DNA from: Candidatus Entotheonellaceae bacterium
GTDB taxonomy: Bacteria > Tectomicrobia > Entotheonellia > Entotheonellales > Entotheonellaceae
Direction of reading: 5' to 3'
Length of the DNA: 64,000 nucleotides
Assembly (NCBI GenBank): GCA_965238075.1
Contig: OZ250173.1
Span: forward strand, 2,336,001-2,400,000
Below are positions 1-11,491 of the stretch, piece after piece. The translations under genes were made by a program, and so were the position numbers. Each line of letters opens with the position of its first letter. Within the stretch, counting starts at the first letter, position 1. The notes below the pieces were generated by a model that saw only the letters and a list, made by a program, of their open reading frames with translations, was not told the DNA's origin and ran no database searches.

Positions 1-2
1 AG

Positions 3-629
<627 letters not shown>

Positions 630-635
630 CCCCCC

Positions 636-1925
636 ATGTACGAATTCTTCGTCAGTTTGCGATACCTCAAATCGCGCCGCCGTCAGGGATTCATCTCGCT
701 GATCACCTTGATCTCGGTGGGCGGGGTGGCCGTTGGCGTCATGGTGCTGATCGTCGTCTTGTCGGTGATGAGCGGATTTGAGACGACCCTCAAGGAGAAA
801 CTCCTCGGCATCAATGCGCATCTGTGGGTTCTGCCGCAGCGTGCGGGTCGTCTTCAGGGATACCGGGATTTGACGAGCCGGATCGAGACCATACCCCGTG
901 TGACGCATGCAACGCCGTTCACCGCCCACGAGGTGATGCTGATGGCCGGCGGGCGCGTTGCCGGGACGATCGTGCGGGGTATCGACCCCGATGAGAGGAG
1001 CCGAACGAGGGATTTTGCTCGGCTGTTTGAGGGCCGGGACTTGACGGCGTTGCTCAACCCTCGGGCATCCGACCCGGGAAGCCCTGACGACGACGGGGCA
1101 CAATCGGCGCGCCGGGGCATCGTGCTGGGCACGGAGTTGGCGCGCACACTGCGCGTCGCTCCCGGAGAGCGGATCATTCTCAACTCGCCGCTGGGCATTC
1201 TGCAACCGGCGGGCATCTTGCCCAACATGCGCGGCTTCACGGTTACCGGGACGTTCGAGACCGGCATGTACGAATACGACGCCAAGCTCGCCCTGATTTC
1301 CCTGGATGAGGCGCAAGAGCTTTTCGATCTCGGGGAAGTCGTGCACGGCATCGAGGTCAGGGTGGAGGACATCTACCGTGTTCGCGACGTAGCGGAGGCG
1401 ACCGAGGCGCTGCTGGGGCCGAGTGTCTGGACGCGCGACTGGATGCAGATGAATCGGACGCTTTTTTCGGCGCTGCGGCAGGAGCGGGTGCTGATGTTCA
1501 TCATCCTGGCGCTGATCATCCTGATTGCTGCCTTCAACATCATCAGCACGCTGATCATGATGGTGATGGAGAAGACCGGCGCCATTGCCATCCTGAAGGC
1601 GATGGGCGCAAACAATCGGGGCATCTACCGCATTTTCATGATCCAGGGTCTGGTGATCGGCTTGGTCGGAATGGTTATTGGGACGATCGCCGGTTTGATC
1701 CTGGCCTGGAATCTGCCGGCCATTGCCACGGTGATCGAGGGCTGGCTGGGTATTCAGTTCTTCCCCCCGGACGTTTACGTCATTGATCAACTCCCTGTAG
1801 AGATCCGACCGCTGGATGTCGTGGCGATTGTGGTAACCTCGATCTGCGTGAGCTTTCTGGCGACCTTGTACCCGGCTTGGAATGCCTCCCGGCTCGATCC
1901 GGTGGTAGCTTTGAGATATGAATAG
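636..1925 (+). CDS. lolE: Lipoprotein-releasing ABC transporter permease LolC/E
   Basis: FISLITLISVGGVAVGV...VMSGF, AFNIISTLIMMV, LYPAWNASRLDPVVALRYE. Confidence 0.93.
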   Translation: MYEFFVSLRYLKSRRRQGFISLITLISVGGVAVGVMVLIVVLSVMSGFETTLKEKLLGINAHLWVLPQRAGRLQGYRDLTSRIETIPRVTHATPFTAHEVMLMAGGRVAGTIVRGIDPDERSRTRDFARLFEGRDLTALLNPRASDPGSPDDDGAQSARRGIVLGTELARTLRVAPGERIILNSPLGILQPAGILPNMRGFTVTGTFETGMYEYDAKLALISLDEAQELFDLGEVVHGIEVRVEDIYRVRDVAEATEALLGPSVWTRDWMQMNRTLFSALRQERVLMFIILALIILIAAFNIISTLIMMVMEKTGAIAILKAMGANNRGIYRIFMIQGLVIGLVGMVIGTIAGLILAWNLPAIATVIEGWLGIQFFPPDVYVIDQLPVEIRPLDVVAIVVTSICVSFLATLYPAWNASRLDPVVALRYE

Positions 1926-1933
1926 TTCATGCT

Positions 1934-2656
1934 ATGATTGAGCCACTTAACAGATGCAGCATGGACCAAGGCGGCCTGAAGTCTGTGGCGATTTCGGTTG
2001 ACAAGGTGTATAAACGGTACGCTCAAGCCGATACCACGGTTGAGGTTCTGCAAGACGTGCAGATGCAGGTTGCCAGCCAGGAAATGGTGGCTATCGTAGG
2101 GCCTTCGGGTGCCGGGAAAAGCACGTTGTTGCATCTGATAGGCGGCCTGGATCGGCCGACGCAAGGCCGCATCTGTTGTGCCGGGATTGACCTGTCGCAG
2201 CTTTCGGACCGACGGTTGGCCGATTTCAGGAGTCGTCGTGTTGGCTTCATCTTTCAGTTCCACCACCTCTTGCCCGAGTTTTCAGCCTTGGAAAACACCA
2301 TGATGCCTGCCCTCATCCAGCGACGACCCAAGCAAGAGGTAGAGCACCAAGCACGCCAGCTCTTGGCCAGCGTTGGGTTGACTGATCGACTTCATCACCG
2401 GCCCGGTGCGCTTTCCGGCGGCGAGCAGCAGCGGGTTGCAGTCGCCAGAGCCCTTATCAACACCCCAGACGTTTTGTTAGCCGATGAGCCCACCGGGAAT
2501 CTTGACCGTGCCACCGGCCAGACGATACAAACGCTTCTGCGTCAACTGAATCAAGAATTGGGGCAAACGTTCGTCGTTGTGACGCACGACCAGAAGTTTG
2601 CTGCACACATGGATCGGGTGATATCCCTTGTCGATGGCAAAGTCAGCGCAGCCTGA
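1934..2656 (+). CDS. lolD: Lipoprotein-releasing ABC ATPase (start may be 1961)
   Basis: Walker [20 protein letters not shown]olD motif, [18 protein letters not shown]. Confidence 0.93.
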   Translation: MIEPLNRCSMDQGGLKSVAISVDKVYKRYAQADTTVEVLQDVQMQVASQEMVAIVGPSGAGKSTLLHLIGGLDRPTQGRICCAGIDLSQLSDRRLADFRSRRVGFIFQFHHLLPEFSALENTMMPALIQRRPKQEVEHQARQLLASVGLTDRLHHRPGALSGGEQQRVAVARALINTPDVLLADEPTGNLDRATGQTIQTLLRQLNQELGQTFVVVTHDQKFAAHMDRVISLVDGKVSAA

Positions 2657-2668
2657 GGAGATGTGACA

Positions 2669-5107
2669 ATGTTCAAGCGATTTACGGAACGGGCCAGACG
2701 GGTAATTATCCTCGCCAGAGAAGAAGCGGAGCGCCATCACCACGAGTATCTGGGGCCCGAACACATCTTGCTGGGCATGTTGAAAGACGGGGGTGGTATT
2801 GCCGTTACCGTGTTGCAAAAGGCCGGCTTGAGCATTGATCACGTTCGGATGGAAATTGAGCGCCACCTGCCGCGCAATGCCAACGCGCTGATTGTCGGCG
2901 AAATCCCATTCACTCCGAAAGCCAAAAAGGTGCTGGAGTACGGCGTGGAAGAAGCCCGCCTCATGGGCCACAACTACATCGGCACCGAGCACTTGCTCCT
3001 TGGCCTCCTCAAGGAGAAAGAGGGCATTGGCGCCAAGGTGCTGAACAATCTGGGCATTCGCCTCGTCGAAACGCGCGAGAAGATTCTCAACCTGCTGCAG
3101 GAACCTACGACGAAAACCAAGGAAAAAAGCAAGACCCCGGCGCTCGATGAGTTTGGCCGTGATCTCACCGAGCTGGGCCAGAACGACAAGCTTGACCCGG
3201 TAATCGGGCGCGAGAACGAGATCGAGCGCGTGGTGCAGATCCTGAGCCGGCGGACCAAGAAAAACCCGGTGCTCATCGGCGAGCCCGGTGTCGGCAAGAC
3301 GGCGATCGTGGAGGGGCTGGCGCAGCGTATCGTCAATCGCGAAGTGCCGCAGTTGCTGTTTGACCGTTGCGTGGTGGCTCTCGACCTCGGGGCACTGGTA
3401 GCCGGCACGAAGTATCGCGGCCAGTTCGAAGCCCGTATGAAGGCGATCATGAAGGAGATCGTGCAGGCGGAAAACATCATTATTTTTATCGATGAGCTGC
3501 ACACCTTGGTGGGGGCTGGCGCTGCGGAGGGGTCCGTGGATGCCTCCAATATGCTCAAGCCAGCGCTTTCGCGCGGCGAGATTCAGTGCATCGGCGCTAC
3601 GACCCTCGACGAGTACCGCAAGTATATTGAAAAGAATGGCGCTTTGGAGAGACGTTTTCAACCCATTATGGTCGACCCGCCGAGTGTCGAGGAAAGCATC
3701 GAAATCCTGCGTGGCTTGAAGGACCGATATGAAGCCCACCACCGCCTGCGCATTCCCGATGAATCGATCGTGCAAGCCGTCAAGCTTTCTGCCCGTTACA
3801 TCACCGACCGTTTTCTTCCCGATAAGGCCATCGACGTCATGGATGAGGCCGGCGCTCGCGTGCGCCTGCGGAGCGTGACGCCACCGTCGATGATGCGCGA
3901 CCTGCAGCGGCAAATTAACGAGATCGTCAGGTCGAAGAAAGAGAAGATCGAGAATCAGGAATTCGAGCGCGCCGTCGAGTTGCGGGATCAGGAAGAGGGA
4001 ATGCGGCGCCAAGTGGAAGACCTGAGGACCGAGTGGGAAGAGGCGCAAGAGGAATCCGAAATACCCGTGACGGAAGAGGACATGGCGTACGTCGTGTCCC
4101 GGATGACAGGTATCCCGCTGTCGAAGATTGAGGAAGCCGAGTCGCGCCGTCTGCTCAATATGGAGGCGGAGCTCCACAATCGTGTGGTCGGCCAGGAGGA
4201 GGCGATTGCCGTGGTCACGCGGGCGATCCGTCGCTCACGGGCCGGCCTCAAAGACCCGCGCCGTCCTGTGGGAACGTTCATTTTTCTGGGCCCCACGGGG
4301 GTCGGCAAAACCGAGTTGGCGCGTGCCCTCGCCGAGTTTTTGTTCGGCCACGAGAACTCGCTCATTCGGGTTGACATGTCGGAGTACATGGAACGTTTCA
4401 GCGTATCGCGCCTGACAGGGGCGCCTCCTGGATATGTGGGGTATGACGAGGGTGGACAGCTCACGGAGCAGGTGCGGCGGCGGCCATACTCGGTCGTGCT
4501 TCTCGACGAGATCGAGAAGGCGCACCCGGACGTCTACCACATGTTGCTTCAGGTAATGGACGACGGGCATCTCACTGACAGCTACGGGCGCAAGGTGGAC
4601 TTCAAGAACGTCGTGCTCATCATGACCTCGAACATAAGCGCTCGCGCGATCGAGAAAAACACGGCGATCGGCTTCCAGAGGGGTGAGGAGGACACGTTCG
4701 AGAAGATCAAAGAGAACGTCATGAACGAGCTCAAGCGCACCTTCAACCCGGAATTTCTCAATCGCATCGACGAAGCGATCATGTTCCACTCGTTGAGCCT
4801 TGACCATATGCGGCACATTGTGGACATTCTGCTTGGCCGTTTGAACGAGCAGATGGCCGAAAACGGTATCACGCTCGAGATCGACGACAGCGCTAAGACT
4901 TGGTTGGCGGAGCAGGGATACGAACCGGCTTATGGTGCGCGGCCCCTGAAGCGCGCCATCCAGCGCCACATTGAGGACCCCCTGTCCGAGGAGGTGTTGC
5001 GTGGCGAGTTTGCGCAAGGCGGCGTCGTGGAGATCAAGCTGGCAGGGGAAGAATTGGTGTTCCTCTCCAAGGAGGAAAATGCGGTGGAAACCCTGTCCGA
5101 TAGCTAA
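2669..5107 (+). CDS. clpC: ATP-dependent Clp protease ATPase subunit ClpC
   Basis: [11 protein letters not shown]-domain, two AAA modules ([16 protein letters not shown]), UVR-like coiled coil, IGF ClpP-docking loop; GAGGAG RBS. Confidence 0.95.
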   Translation: MFKRFTERARRVIILAREEAERHHHEYLGPEHILLGMLKDGGGIAVTVLQKAGLSIDHVRMEIERHLPRNANALIVGEIPFTPKAKKVLEYGVEEARLMGHNYIGTEHLLLGLLKEKEGIGAKVLNNLGIRLVETREKILNLLQEPTTKTKEKSKTPALDEFGRDLTELGQNDKLDPVIGRENEIERVVQILSRRTKKNPVLIGEPGVGKTAIVEGLAQRIVNREVPQLLFDRCVVALDLGALVAGTKYRGQFEARMKAIMKEIVQAENIIIFIDELHTLVGAGAAEGSVDASNMLKPALSRGEIQCIGATTLDEYRKYIEKNGALERRFQPIMVDPPSVEESIEILRGLKDRYEAHHRLRIPDESIVQAVKLSARYITDRFLPDKAIDVMDEAGARVRLRSVTPPSMMRDLQRQINEIVRSKKEKIENQEFERAVELRDQEEGMRRQVEDLRTEWEEAQEESEIPVTEEDMAYVVSRMTGIPLSKIEEAESRRLLNMEAELHNRVVGQEEAIAVVTRAIRRSRAGLKDPRRPVGTFIFLGPTGVGKTELARALAEFLFGHENSLIRVDMSEYMERFSVSRLTGAPPGYVGYDEGGQLTEQVRRRPYSVVLLDEIEKAHPDVYHMLLQVMDDGHLTDSYGRKVDFKNVVLIMTSNISARAIEKNTAIGFQRGEEDTFEKIKENVMNELKRTFNPEFLNRIDEAIMFHSLSLDHMRHIVDILLGRLNEQMAENGITLEIDDSAKTWLAEQGYEPAYGARPLKRAIQRHIEDPLSEEVLRGEFAQGGVVEIKLAGEELVFLSKEENAVETLSDS

Positions 5108-5135
5108 CCGGGGTTCCGGTGTCCCGATGTAAATT

Positions 5136-5173
5136 CCAAGGCCCGGTGGGGAAACTTCTCCATCGGGCTTTGG
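5136..5173 (+). terminator. Strong stem-loop between clpC and bamA (terminator or mRNA stabiliser)
   Basis: ccaaggcccggtgggga-aact-tctccatcgggctttgg, 17-bp stem with 3 G-U pairs; weak U-tract. Confidence 0.5.
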
Positions 5174-5251
5174 TATGTCTGGAGGAAGGCAAGACCTTGG
5201 GCCGGGTGCGTACGTAGGGGTTTGGCTGGCGGTGGTGGGAGAACGTGGTTC

Positions 5252-7510
5252 ATGATGTGGCGAAGATGGTTCGGTCTGATCGTGTTGCTGTCGAGTCTCC
5301 TGATAGTCGCTTGCAACGCAGCCGCGCAAGTCGGACCGGGCGCCATCGTCCGTGACATCGAGATTCGCGGCAATCGTCTGACCCAAGAGTCCACCATTCG
5401 GTTTTATTTGGAAACGGAGGACGGCAAGGCCTACGTTCCCCGAACCCTGAGCGAAGACATCAAGCGGTTGTACGCCCTGGAAACGTTTGATGATATCCGG
5501 GTGACGGCGGAAGAAGTCGAAGGCGGCATGCGCCTGATTATCACGGTTACCGAAAAACCCACCGTGCGCCAGGTGACCTACTCGGGCAATCGAGCGATTC
5601 AAGAGGAAGAAATCGACGAGCGTATCCAACTCAAGGAACGTTCGACTTTCGATCGCGGCCTTCTCAACGACACGATTACCGGTTTGCAAAATCATTACCG
5701 TGAATCCGGTTATTATTTCGCGCACGTGCGTCCGGAGATCACGCCGGTAGCCGATAATCAGGTCGATATCGACCTGATTATCACCGAGGGCAGGCGAATC
5801 CGCATCCGCAGGATTCAGTTCACCGGCAACACGTATTTCACCGATAATCAATTGCGCAAAGAGGTCCAGCTCAAGGAATACTTCCTACCGATCGTGAGCG
5901 ATTCGGCGTCGCTCTATCGGCCCGAGGTGCTGCGGGTCGATCTCCAGCTTCTGGAGCAGTTATACCAGAACAGCGGCTTCGTGAACGTGCAGCTTGGCGA
6001 GCCCGTTGTCGAGATCAACCGGGAAGCCGGCGCCATCGCCGTTACCGTGCCCATTGCACGGGAGGGCGAGCAGTACAAGGTCGGCGCGGTCACCCTCACC
6101 GGCAGCGAGGTGTTCAACTCGGAGGAACTGCGTGACTTGGTTCGTGTCACCAGTGGCGAAATCTACAGTCGAGAGACAGTGCGGCGCGATATTCTCACCC
6201 TGACGGAGGCATACGCCGACCAGGGCTATGCCTTTGCCGACATCGTCCCAACGGTATCCCTCGACCAACAGACCCGGCTTGTTAATCTCAGCTTTACGAC
6301 CCATCCCGGTCCCAAGGTTTATATCGGGCGGATTGATATCATCGGTAACGAACGCACCCAAGACCGGGTCATCCGCCGCGAATTGCGGCTCGATGAAGGG
6401 GAGTTATTCAGCGGTAGCAAACTGCGCCGGTCGCGCCAGCGACTCAATAATCTGCAATACTTCGAAGAGGTCAATATCGACACTAGAGGTCGTGCCGAGG
6501 ACGATCTGCTCGACTTAGAGGTGCAGTTGAGAGAGCGCGCAACCGGACAATTCAGCGCCGGCCTCGGATTCAGTTCGGTTGAAAACGCCATCTTCACGGC
6601 TTCCGTGGTGCAGAGTAACCTCTTCGGCCGCGGCCAGATGGTGAGCGCAAATGCGCATATTGGCGGCATCTCGCAGGACTTTTCCCTTTCCTTCCGTGAG
6701 CCATGGCTCTACGGTCGGCCCATCAGCCTTGGAGCAAGCGTCTTTAACCGCGCGGAGGATTTTCAGGCCTTCGACGTGAACCGCACGGGTGCCAGTCTGA
6801 GCCTCGGGCGCGTGATCGGCGAATTCGCCCGCATTTCGGCCGCTTACCAATACGAAGTGCTCGATATCAGCAATCTGAGCGCCAGCGCCTCCGAATTGCT
6901 TCAGCAGTCGCAGGGTAAATCGACAACCAGCAGCGTTACCCCAAGCATCTTGCGAGACTCGCGCGACAACGTGTTCAACCCGTCGGAAGGCTCGGTCAAT
7001 TCGTTTGAGATCCAGCTTGCGGGCTTGGGCGGCGACAACCGCTACTACAGGGCGATTGGCAATTCCACCTGGTATTTCGCGCTACCCGCTGAAATGACGG
7101 GCTTCGTGCGCGGCCGGTTCGGTTTCGGCGACGGCTTTGGTGACAGGGTCTTGCCGGCCTCGGAGCGGTTTTTCCTCGGCGGCGTCACGACCATACGCGG
7201 CTTTGAGTTCCGCGATATAGGACCGGAGGACGAGGCAGGTAATCCTTTGGGCGGGACGTCCTTCGTGCAGTTCAATATCGAGATTGGCAGGAGCCTCGGC
7301 AGCGTGCTGCGGGTGGTTGCTTTCGTTGACGCGGGTAACGTGTACGACTCCGATAACGACTTCGACATCGGCAGTCTGCGCCGTAGTGCCGGTCTCGGTA
7401 TTCGCATCGTAACGCCAATAGGGCCGATTCGATTGGACTACGGTTTTAAGCTGGATAAGAAGCCGGGCGAATCGGCCGGCAGGCTGGGCTTTCTCTTGGG
7501 CACTTTTTAG
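5252..7510 (+). CDS. bamA: Outer membrane protein assembly factor BamA
   Basis: Signal peptide, POTRA repeats (IIGNERTQDRVIRRE), IRGF motif, TPIGPIRLDYG, C-terminal Phe. Confidence 0.95.
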   Translation: MMWRRWFGLIVLLSSLLIVACNAAAQVGPGAIVRDIEIRGNRLTQESTIRFYLETEDGKAYVPRTLSEDIKRLYALETFDDIRVTAEEVEGGMRLIITVTEKPTVRQVTYSGNRAIQEEEIDERIQLKERSTFDRGLLNDTITGLQNHYRESGYYFAHVRPEITPVADNQVDIDLIITEGRRIRIRRIQFTGNTYFTDNQLRKEVQLKEYFLPIVSDSASLYRPEVLRVDLQLLEQLYQNSGFVNVQLGEPVVEINREAGAIAVTVPIAREGEQYKVGAVTLTGSEVFNSEELRDLVRVTSGEIYSRETVRRDILTLTEAYADQGYAFADIVPTVSLDQQTRLVNLSFTTHPGPKVYIGRIDIIGNERTQDRVIRRELRLDEGELFSGSKLRRSRQRLNNLQYFEEVNIDTRGRAEDDLLDLEVQLRERATGQFSAGLGFSSVENAIFTASVVQSNLFGRGQMVSANAHIGGISQDFSLSFREPWLYGRPISLGASVFNRAEDFQAFDVNRTGASLSLGRVIGEFARISAAYQYEVLDISNLSASASELLQQSQGKSTTSSVTPSILRDSRDNVFNPSEGSVNSFEIQLAGLGGDNRYYRAIGNSTWYFALPAEMTGFVRGRFGFGDGFGDRVLPASERFFLGGVTTIRGFEFRDIGPEDEAGNPLGGTSFVQFNIEIGRSLGSVLRVVAFVDAGNVYDSDNDFDIGSLRRSAGLGIRIVTPIGPIRLDYGFKLDKKPGESAGRLGFLLGTF

Positions 7511-7552
7511 GCGTAGGACGATGGTTTTAACTTGGCAGGAAAAGGAGTGCAG

Positions 7553-8149
7553 ATGACGCATCCATGGAGTTTGAAAAGGCTGGGACTCCTGATGTTGGCA
7601 TTCGCTGTGAGCCTGGGCTTAGCCGGCATGGTTCAGGCGCAGGGCGTCAAGGTGGGAGTGGTCGATTTGCAAGCGGTGCTGGATGGCTCGGTGCGCGGCA
7701 AGGCTGCGAAGGAGCGCCTGAAGGAACTCGGCGACCAGTTGCAGCGCGAGATTCAAGCCAAGCGCGAATTCAAGGAGCGCAAGGAGGAAGAGCTGCAAAA
7801 TCTTCGCAGCGAGATCCAACGGCAGGGTCTCGTGCTCAGTGAGCAGGCGCGCATGGGGAAGGAAGAGGAATTCCGCAAGAGCATCCGGGAACTGAAGCGT
7901 TTTATCGACGATACCAATAATTTCATCGACGACGCCACGCAGGAATTCCGCGAGAAGGAGGTTCGCGAAACCCAATTGCTGCTCGTTGCCATCCGGGACG
8001 TCGTGCGCGAGGTCGGCACGCGCGGTCAATACACCTTGATCCTGGAGGGTAACGACAGCGCCGCTCTTGTTCTCTACATTGATGCCACCGTTGACCTTAC
8101 CGAAGAGGTCATTCAGTTGTTTGATCAGACGTCGGCTGAGGCCGAGTAA
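7553..8149 (+). CDS. skp: Periplasmic chaperone Skp/OmpH
   Basis: Signal peptide, KVGVVDLQ, long coiled coil, VDLTEEVI; canonical position after bamA. Confidence 0.9.
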   Translation: MTHPWSLKRLGLLMLAFAVSLGLAGMVQAQGVKVGVVDLQAVLDGSVRGKAAKERLKELGDQLQREIQAKREFKERKEEELQNLRSEIQRQGLVLSEQARMGKEEEFRKSIRELKRFIDDTNNFIDDATQEFREKEVRETQLLLVAIRDVVREVGTRGQYTLILEGNDSAALVLYIDATVDLTEEVIQLFDQTSAEAE

Positions 8150-8160
8150 CCTGCGAGGGG

Positions 8161-9204
8161 ATGGTCGTGCGTGCGACGCTGGCCGAATTGGCGCAGTTGC
8201 TCGGAGCTGAGATCGTCGGCGACGGGCAGACGACGGTCTGCGGCCTCGCGTCCCTCGAGGAAGCAAAGGCCGGCGATTTGGCTTTCGTGGTTGGCGATCG
8301 CAGCGCCCGGGATCGTCTGGCCGAGTCGCACGCCAGTGCGGTCCTCGTCGCGCCGGATATGCCGGTGGATCGGCCCGCTGTTCGCGTGCCCGACCCGTAT
8401 CTCGGATTCATCCGCTTGGTGGAGGAATACTTCCCACAGCAGCACCCGGCCTGGGGCATTGATGATCGCGCTGTGCTGGCACCGGACGTTGTGGTGGGTC
8501 GGCGCGTGAGCGTCGGACCGTACGTGGTGATCGGCGATGGTACCCGGCTGGGAGACGATGTTGTCATCTATCCCGGAACCTACATTGGACCTGGGTGCCA
8601 TATCGGACCGGGAAGCATCTTATATGCCAACGTGAGCCTGTACCCTCGGGTGGCGCTGGGGCGTGGTGTGGTCGTTCACAGCGGCGCGGTCATTGGTGCG
8701 GATGGCTTCGGGTATCGCCGCTTGGACGGCGGGGACTATCGCAAGATCCCTCAGATTGGCGGCGTCCTTGTCGGCGATGGCGTAGAGATCGGCGCCAATA
8801 CATGCATTGATCGTGCCACCCTCGGCAACACGATTGTTGAAGCCGGTGTGAAGCTTGACAACCTTGTGCAGATTGGCCACAACAGTGTGGTGGGGGCTTA
8901 CACCGTTATGGCTGGGCAGGCGGGGGTATCGGGAAGCGTGCGGGTGGGCACCGGGGTGCGCATGGGCGGGCAGGCCGGCATCGCTGATCACGTGACTGTC
9001 GGCGATGGGGCGGCCATCGCCGGGCAGGCCGGCGTGGGGACCGACGTGGCACCCGGTACCGCGGTGTTCGGCTCTCCGGCGGTTCCCTCGACCCTGGCCA
9101 AGCGAGCATACCTCTATGGGCTGAAGCTCGGGGAATTGTTTCAACGTGTCAAGCGGCTTCAACGGCGCCTTGAGGCGCTGGAGAGCCGAGACGAGGGGAC
9201 GTGA
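8161..9204 (+). CDS. lpxD: UDP-3-O-acyl-glucosamine N-acyltransferase
   Basis: Hexapeptide repeats, IGADGFGY, GANTCIDR, KLDNLVQIGHN. Confidence 0.96.
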   Translation: MVVRATLAELAQLLGAEIVGDGQTTVCGLASLEEAKAGDLAFVVGDRSARDRLAESHASAVLVAPDMPVDRPAVRVPDPYLGFIRLVEEYFPQQHPAWGIDDRAVLAPDVVVGRRVSVGPYVVIGDGTRLGDDVVIYPGTYIGPGCHIGPGSILYANVSLYPRVALGRGVVVHSGAVIGADGFGYRRLDGGDYRKIPQIGGVLVGDGVEIGANTCIDRATLGNTIVEAGVKLDNLVQIGHNSVVGAYTVMAGQAGVSGSVRVGTGVRMGGQAGIADHVTVGDGAAIAGQAGVGTDVAPGTAVFGSPAVPSTLAKRAYLYGLKLGELFQRVKRLQRRLEALESRDEGT

Positions 9205-9668
9205 TGTTACTGGGGCCCGAAGACATTTTGGCGCTATTGCCCCATCGGTACCCTTTTATTCTGGTGGATCGCATCCGTGAAATTAAGGCGGACGAATACG
9301 CCATCGGGGTCAAAAACGTCAGCCTCAATGAGCCGTTCTTTCAGGGGCATTTCCCGCATTATCGAGTGATGCCCGGCGTGCTCATTGTTGAGGCCATGGC
9401 GCAAGTTGCCGGGGTCCTTGTTGGCTATTCGAAACCACAGGCGATTACCAGCACTCGGCTGCCGCTGCTCGCGGGTGTCGATCATTGTCGATTCAGGCGT
9501 CAGGTCGTCCCGGGGGATCAACTCGTCATACGCCTTGAGGTGGTTCGGCGACACGGCTCGCTGTGGCGCGTTGCGGGTCAGGCCTGTGTGGACGGAGAAC
9601 TGGCGGCGCAGGCCCAACTGCTGGTGTTTCTCGGCGACAAACCCGACGCCGAAGAAGGGGCCCAATAA
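9201..9668 (+). CDS. fabZ: 3-hydroxyacyl-ACP dehydratase
   Basis: LPHRYPFILVD, FFQGHFP, MPGVLIVEAMAQ. Confidence 0.96.
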   Translation: MMLLGPEDILALLPHRYPFILVDRIREIKADEYAIGVKNVSLNEPFFQGHFPHYRVMPGVLIVEAMAQVAGVLVGYSKPQAITSTRLPLLAGVDHCRFRRQVVPGDQLVIRLEVVRRHGSLWRVAGQACVDGELAAQAQLLVFLGDKPDAEEGAQ

Positions 9669-10498
9669 TGCGGATCGACCCGCGGGCGATTGTCGACCCG
9701 AGCGTCAACTTGGCGGAGGATGCCGTCGTTGGCCCCTTCAGTATCATCGAGGCGGGTGTCACCATCGGCGCCAATACCGTGATTGGCTCCCACGTTGTTG
9801 TCGAGTCAGGTACTACCATCGGCGTGCGGTGCCGCATCGGCAGCGGCGCCAAACTGGGCGGCGCTCCCCAAGACGTGAACTATGAGGGCGGGGCGAGTTA
9901 TCTGAACATCGGCGACGAGTGCGACATTCGTGAGCTGGCCGTCATCCACCGCAGCGCGACAATGGGCGGCTGTACGAAAATCGGATCGTACAACTTCATC
10001 ATGTCGCAAGCTCACATCGCTCACGACTGTGTTCTCGGCGATCATGTCATCGTGGCCAGTTTGACGGCCTTGGCGGGTCACGTCGAGGTCGAAGATTGGG
10101 CGGTGGTGGGAGGCGTAACCGGCGTCCATCAATTCGTGCGTATCGGCACGCACAGCATGGTAGGGGGTGCCTCGCGTTTGATTCAGGACGCGCCGCCTTA
10201 TATGCGCACTGCGGGCAGCCCGGCACTAGTGCGCGGCGTGAACACCATAGGCCTGAGGCGGTCGGGCTTTACACCGAAACAGCGCAAGGAGCTCAAAGAC
10301 GTCTACCGCCTGCTCTACCGTTCGGATTTGAATATCACGCAAGTTCTTGGTACATTGCGACACCAGCCACACCTCAGCGCACCTGTGGCTCACTTGGTGC
10401 GCTTCATCGAACGGTCCAAACGGGGCCTCTGCTCATCGCCACGCAAGTCGTCCAGCCATGATACGGAAGGTGAAGGGGAACAATGGAACAAAAACTGA
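9668..10498 (+). CDS. lpxA: UDP-N-acetylglucosamine acyltransferase
   Basis: Hexapeptide repeats, PQD, HIAHDC, VHQFVRIG; ATG overlaps fabZ stop. Confidence 0.95.
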   Translation: MRIDPRAIVDPSVNLAEDAVVGPFSIIEAGVTIGANTVIGSHVVVESGTTIGVRCRIGSGAKLGGAPQDVNYEGGASYLNIGDECDIRELAVIHRSATMGGCTKIGSYNFIMSQAHIAHDCVLGDHVIVASLTALAGHVEVEDWAVVGGVTGVHQFVRIGTHSMVGGASRLIQDAPPYMRTAGSPALVRGVNTIGLRRSGFTPKQRKELKDVYRLLYRSDLNITQVLGTLRHQPHLSAPVAHLVRFIERSKRGLCSSPRKSSSHDTEGEGEQWNKN

Positions 10499-11451
10499 GA
10501 GTCGGCGTTGTCGGTGTCGGGCATATGGGGCGGTATCATGTGGGGCTTTACAGCGAATTGCCCGACGTCGATTTGGTAGGCGTTGCCGACATCAATCACG
10601 GCCGCGCGTATAGTACCGCTCAACAATACAACACCACTGCCTATACCAATTACCACGACCTCATTGACGAGGTGGACGCCGTCAGCATCGCCGTTCCGAC
10701 CTCCTTGCACCATCCCGTTGCCAGGGATTTTTTGGATGCCGGCGTACATGTCCTCCTCGAAAAGCCCATTGCCCACACCATGGACGAAGCCCAGGACCTG
10801 TTTGAATTGGCCGAGTCCAGGAACATGGTCCTGCACATCGGGCATGTTGAGCGCTTTAACGGCGCGGTGCAAGAACTGAAAAAGATCGTCCACGAACCCC
10901 TGATGATCGAAAGCCGCCGCCTGGGTCCTTTCGTCCCGCGCATCAAAGATGACGGGGTGATTCTGGACCTCATGATTCACGATATCGACATCATCCTGGG
11001 GCTCGTTCCGTCCCCCATTCAGCGCATACAGGCCCTGGGCCGATCGGTATACACCGGCAAGGAAGATCTGGCCAACGTGCAGATCTGTTTCCAGAATGGT
11101 TGTATCGCCACCCTCCTCGCCTCCCGGGCTACCGAGGTCAAGGTTCGTACCATGGCGATCACGCAGCCCAATGCCTATATCCTGCTGGATTACACCGATC
11201 AGGACATTCGCGTGCACCGCCAAGCCTCCTCGGAGCACATCGTTGCGCGCGGCACCTTGCGCTACAAGCAGGAATCATTCATCGAGCGCATCTTCGTGCA
11301 CAAGGACAATCCCCTCAAGCTGGAAATCAAGAACTTCATCGACAGCACCATACATCAAGTCTCACGGGTGCCTACCGTGGCCGAGGAACTGCACTCGCTG
11401 CAGGTGGCCCTGCAAGTCCTCGAAATCCTGGAAAAAGATGGTATGTTCTGA
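10483..11451 (+). CDS. Gfo/Idh/MocA oxidoreductase, GnnA-like (UDP-GlcNAc 3-dehydrogenase candidate)
   Basis: GVGHMG, EKP, GHVERFN, DLMIHDID; overlaps lpxA. Confidence 0.8.
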   Translation: MEQKLRVGVVGVGHMGRYHVGLYSELPDVDLVGVADINHGRAYSTAQQYNTTAYTNYHDLIDEVDAVSIAVPTSLHHPVARDFLDAGVHVLLEKPIAHTMDEAQDLFELAESRNMVLHIGHVERFNGAVQELKKIVHEPLMIESRRLGPFVPRIKDDGVILDLMIHDIDIILGLVPSPIQRIQALGRSVYTGKEDLANVQICFQNGCIATLLASRATEVKVRTMAITQPNAYILLDYTDQDIRVHRQASSEHIVARGTLRYKQESFIERIFVHKDNPLKLEIKNFIDSTIHQVSRVPTVAEELHSLQVALQVLEILEKDGMF

Positions 11452-11491
11452 TCCCGCGCGTTGCTGCACGACATGGCGTAGGAGAACGGCC

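Noticed and set aside
9563..9667. N-terminal extensions in the ORF track (lpxA, lpxI, 27251, 34435, 46023, 48841, 63984)
   Set aside because: Downstream starts with RBS or translational coupling match the family N-termini better
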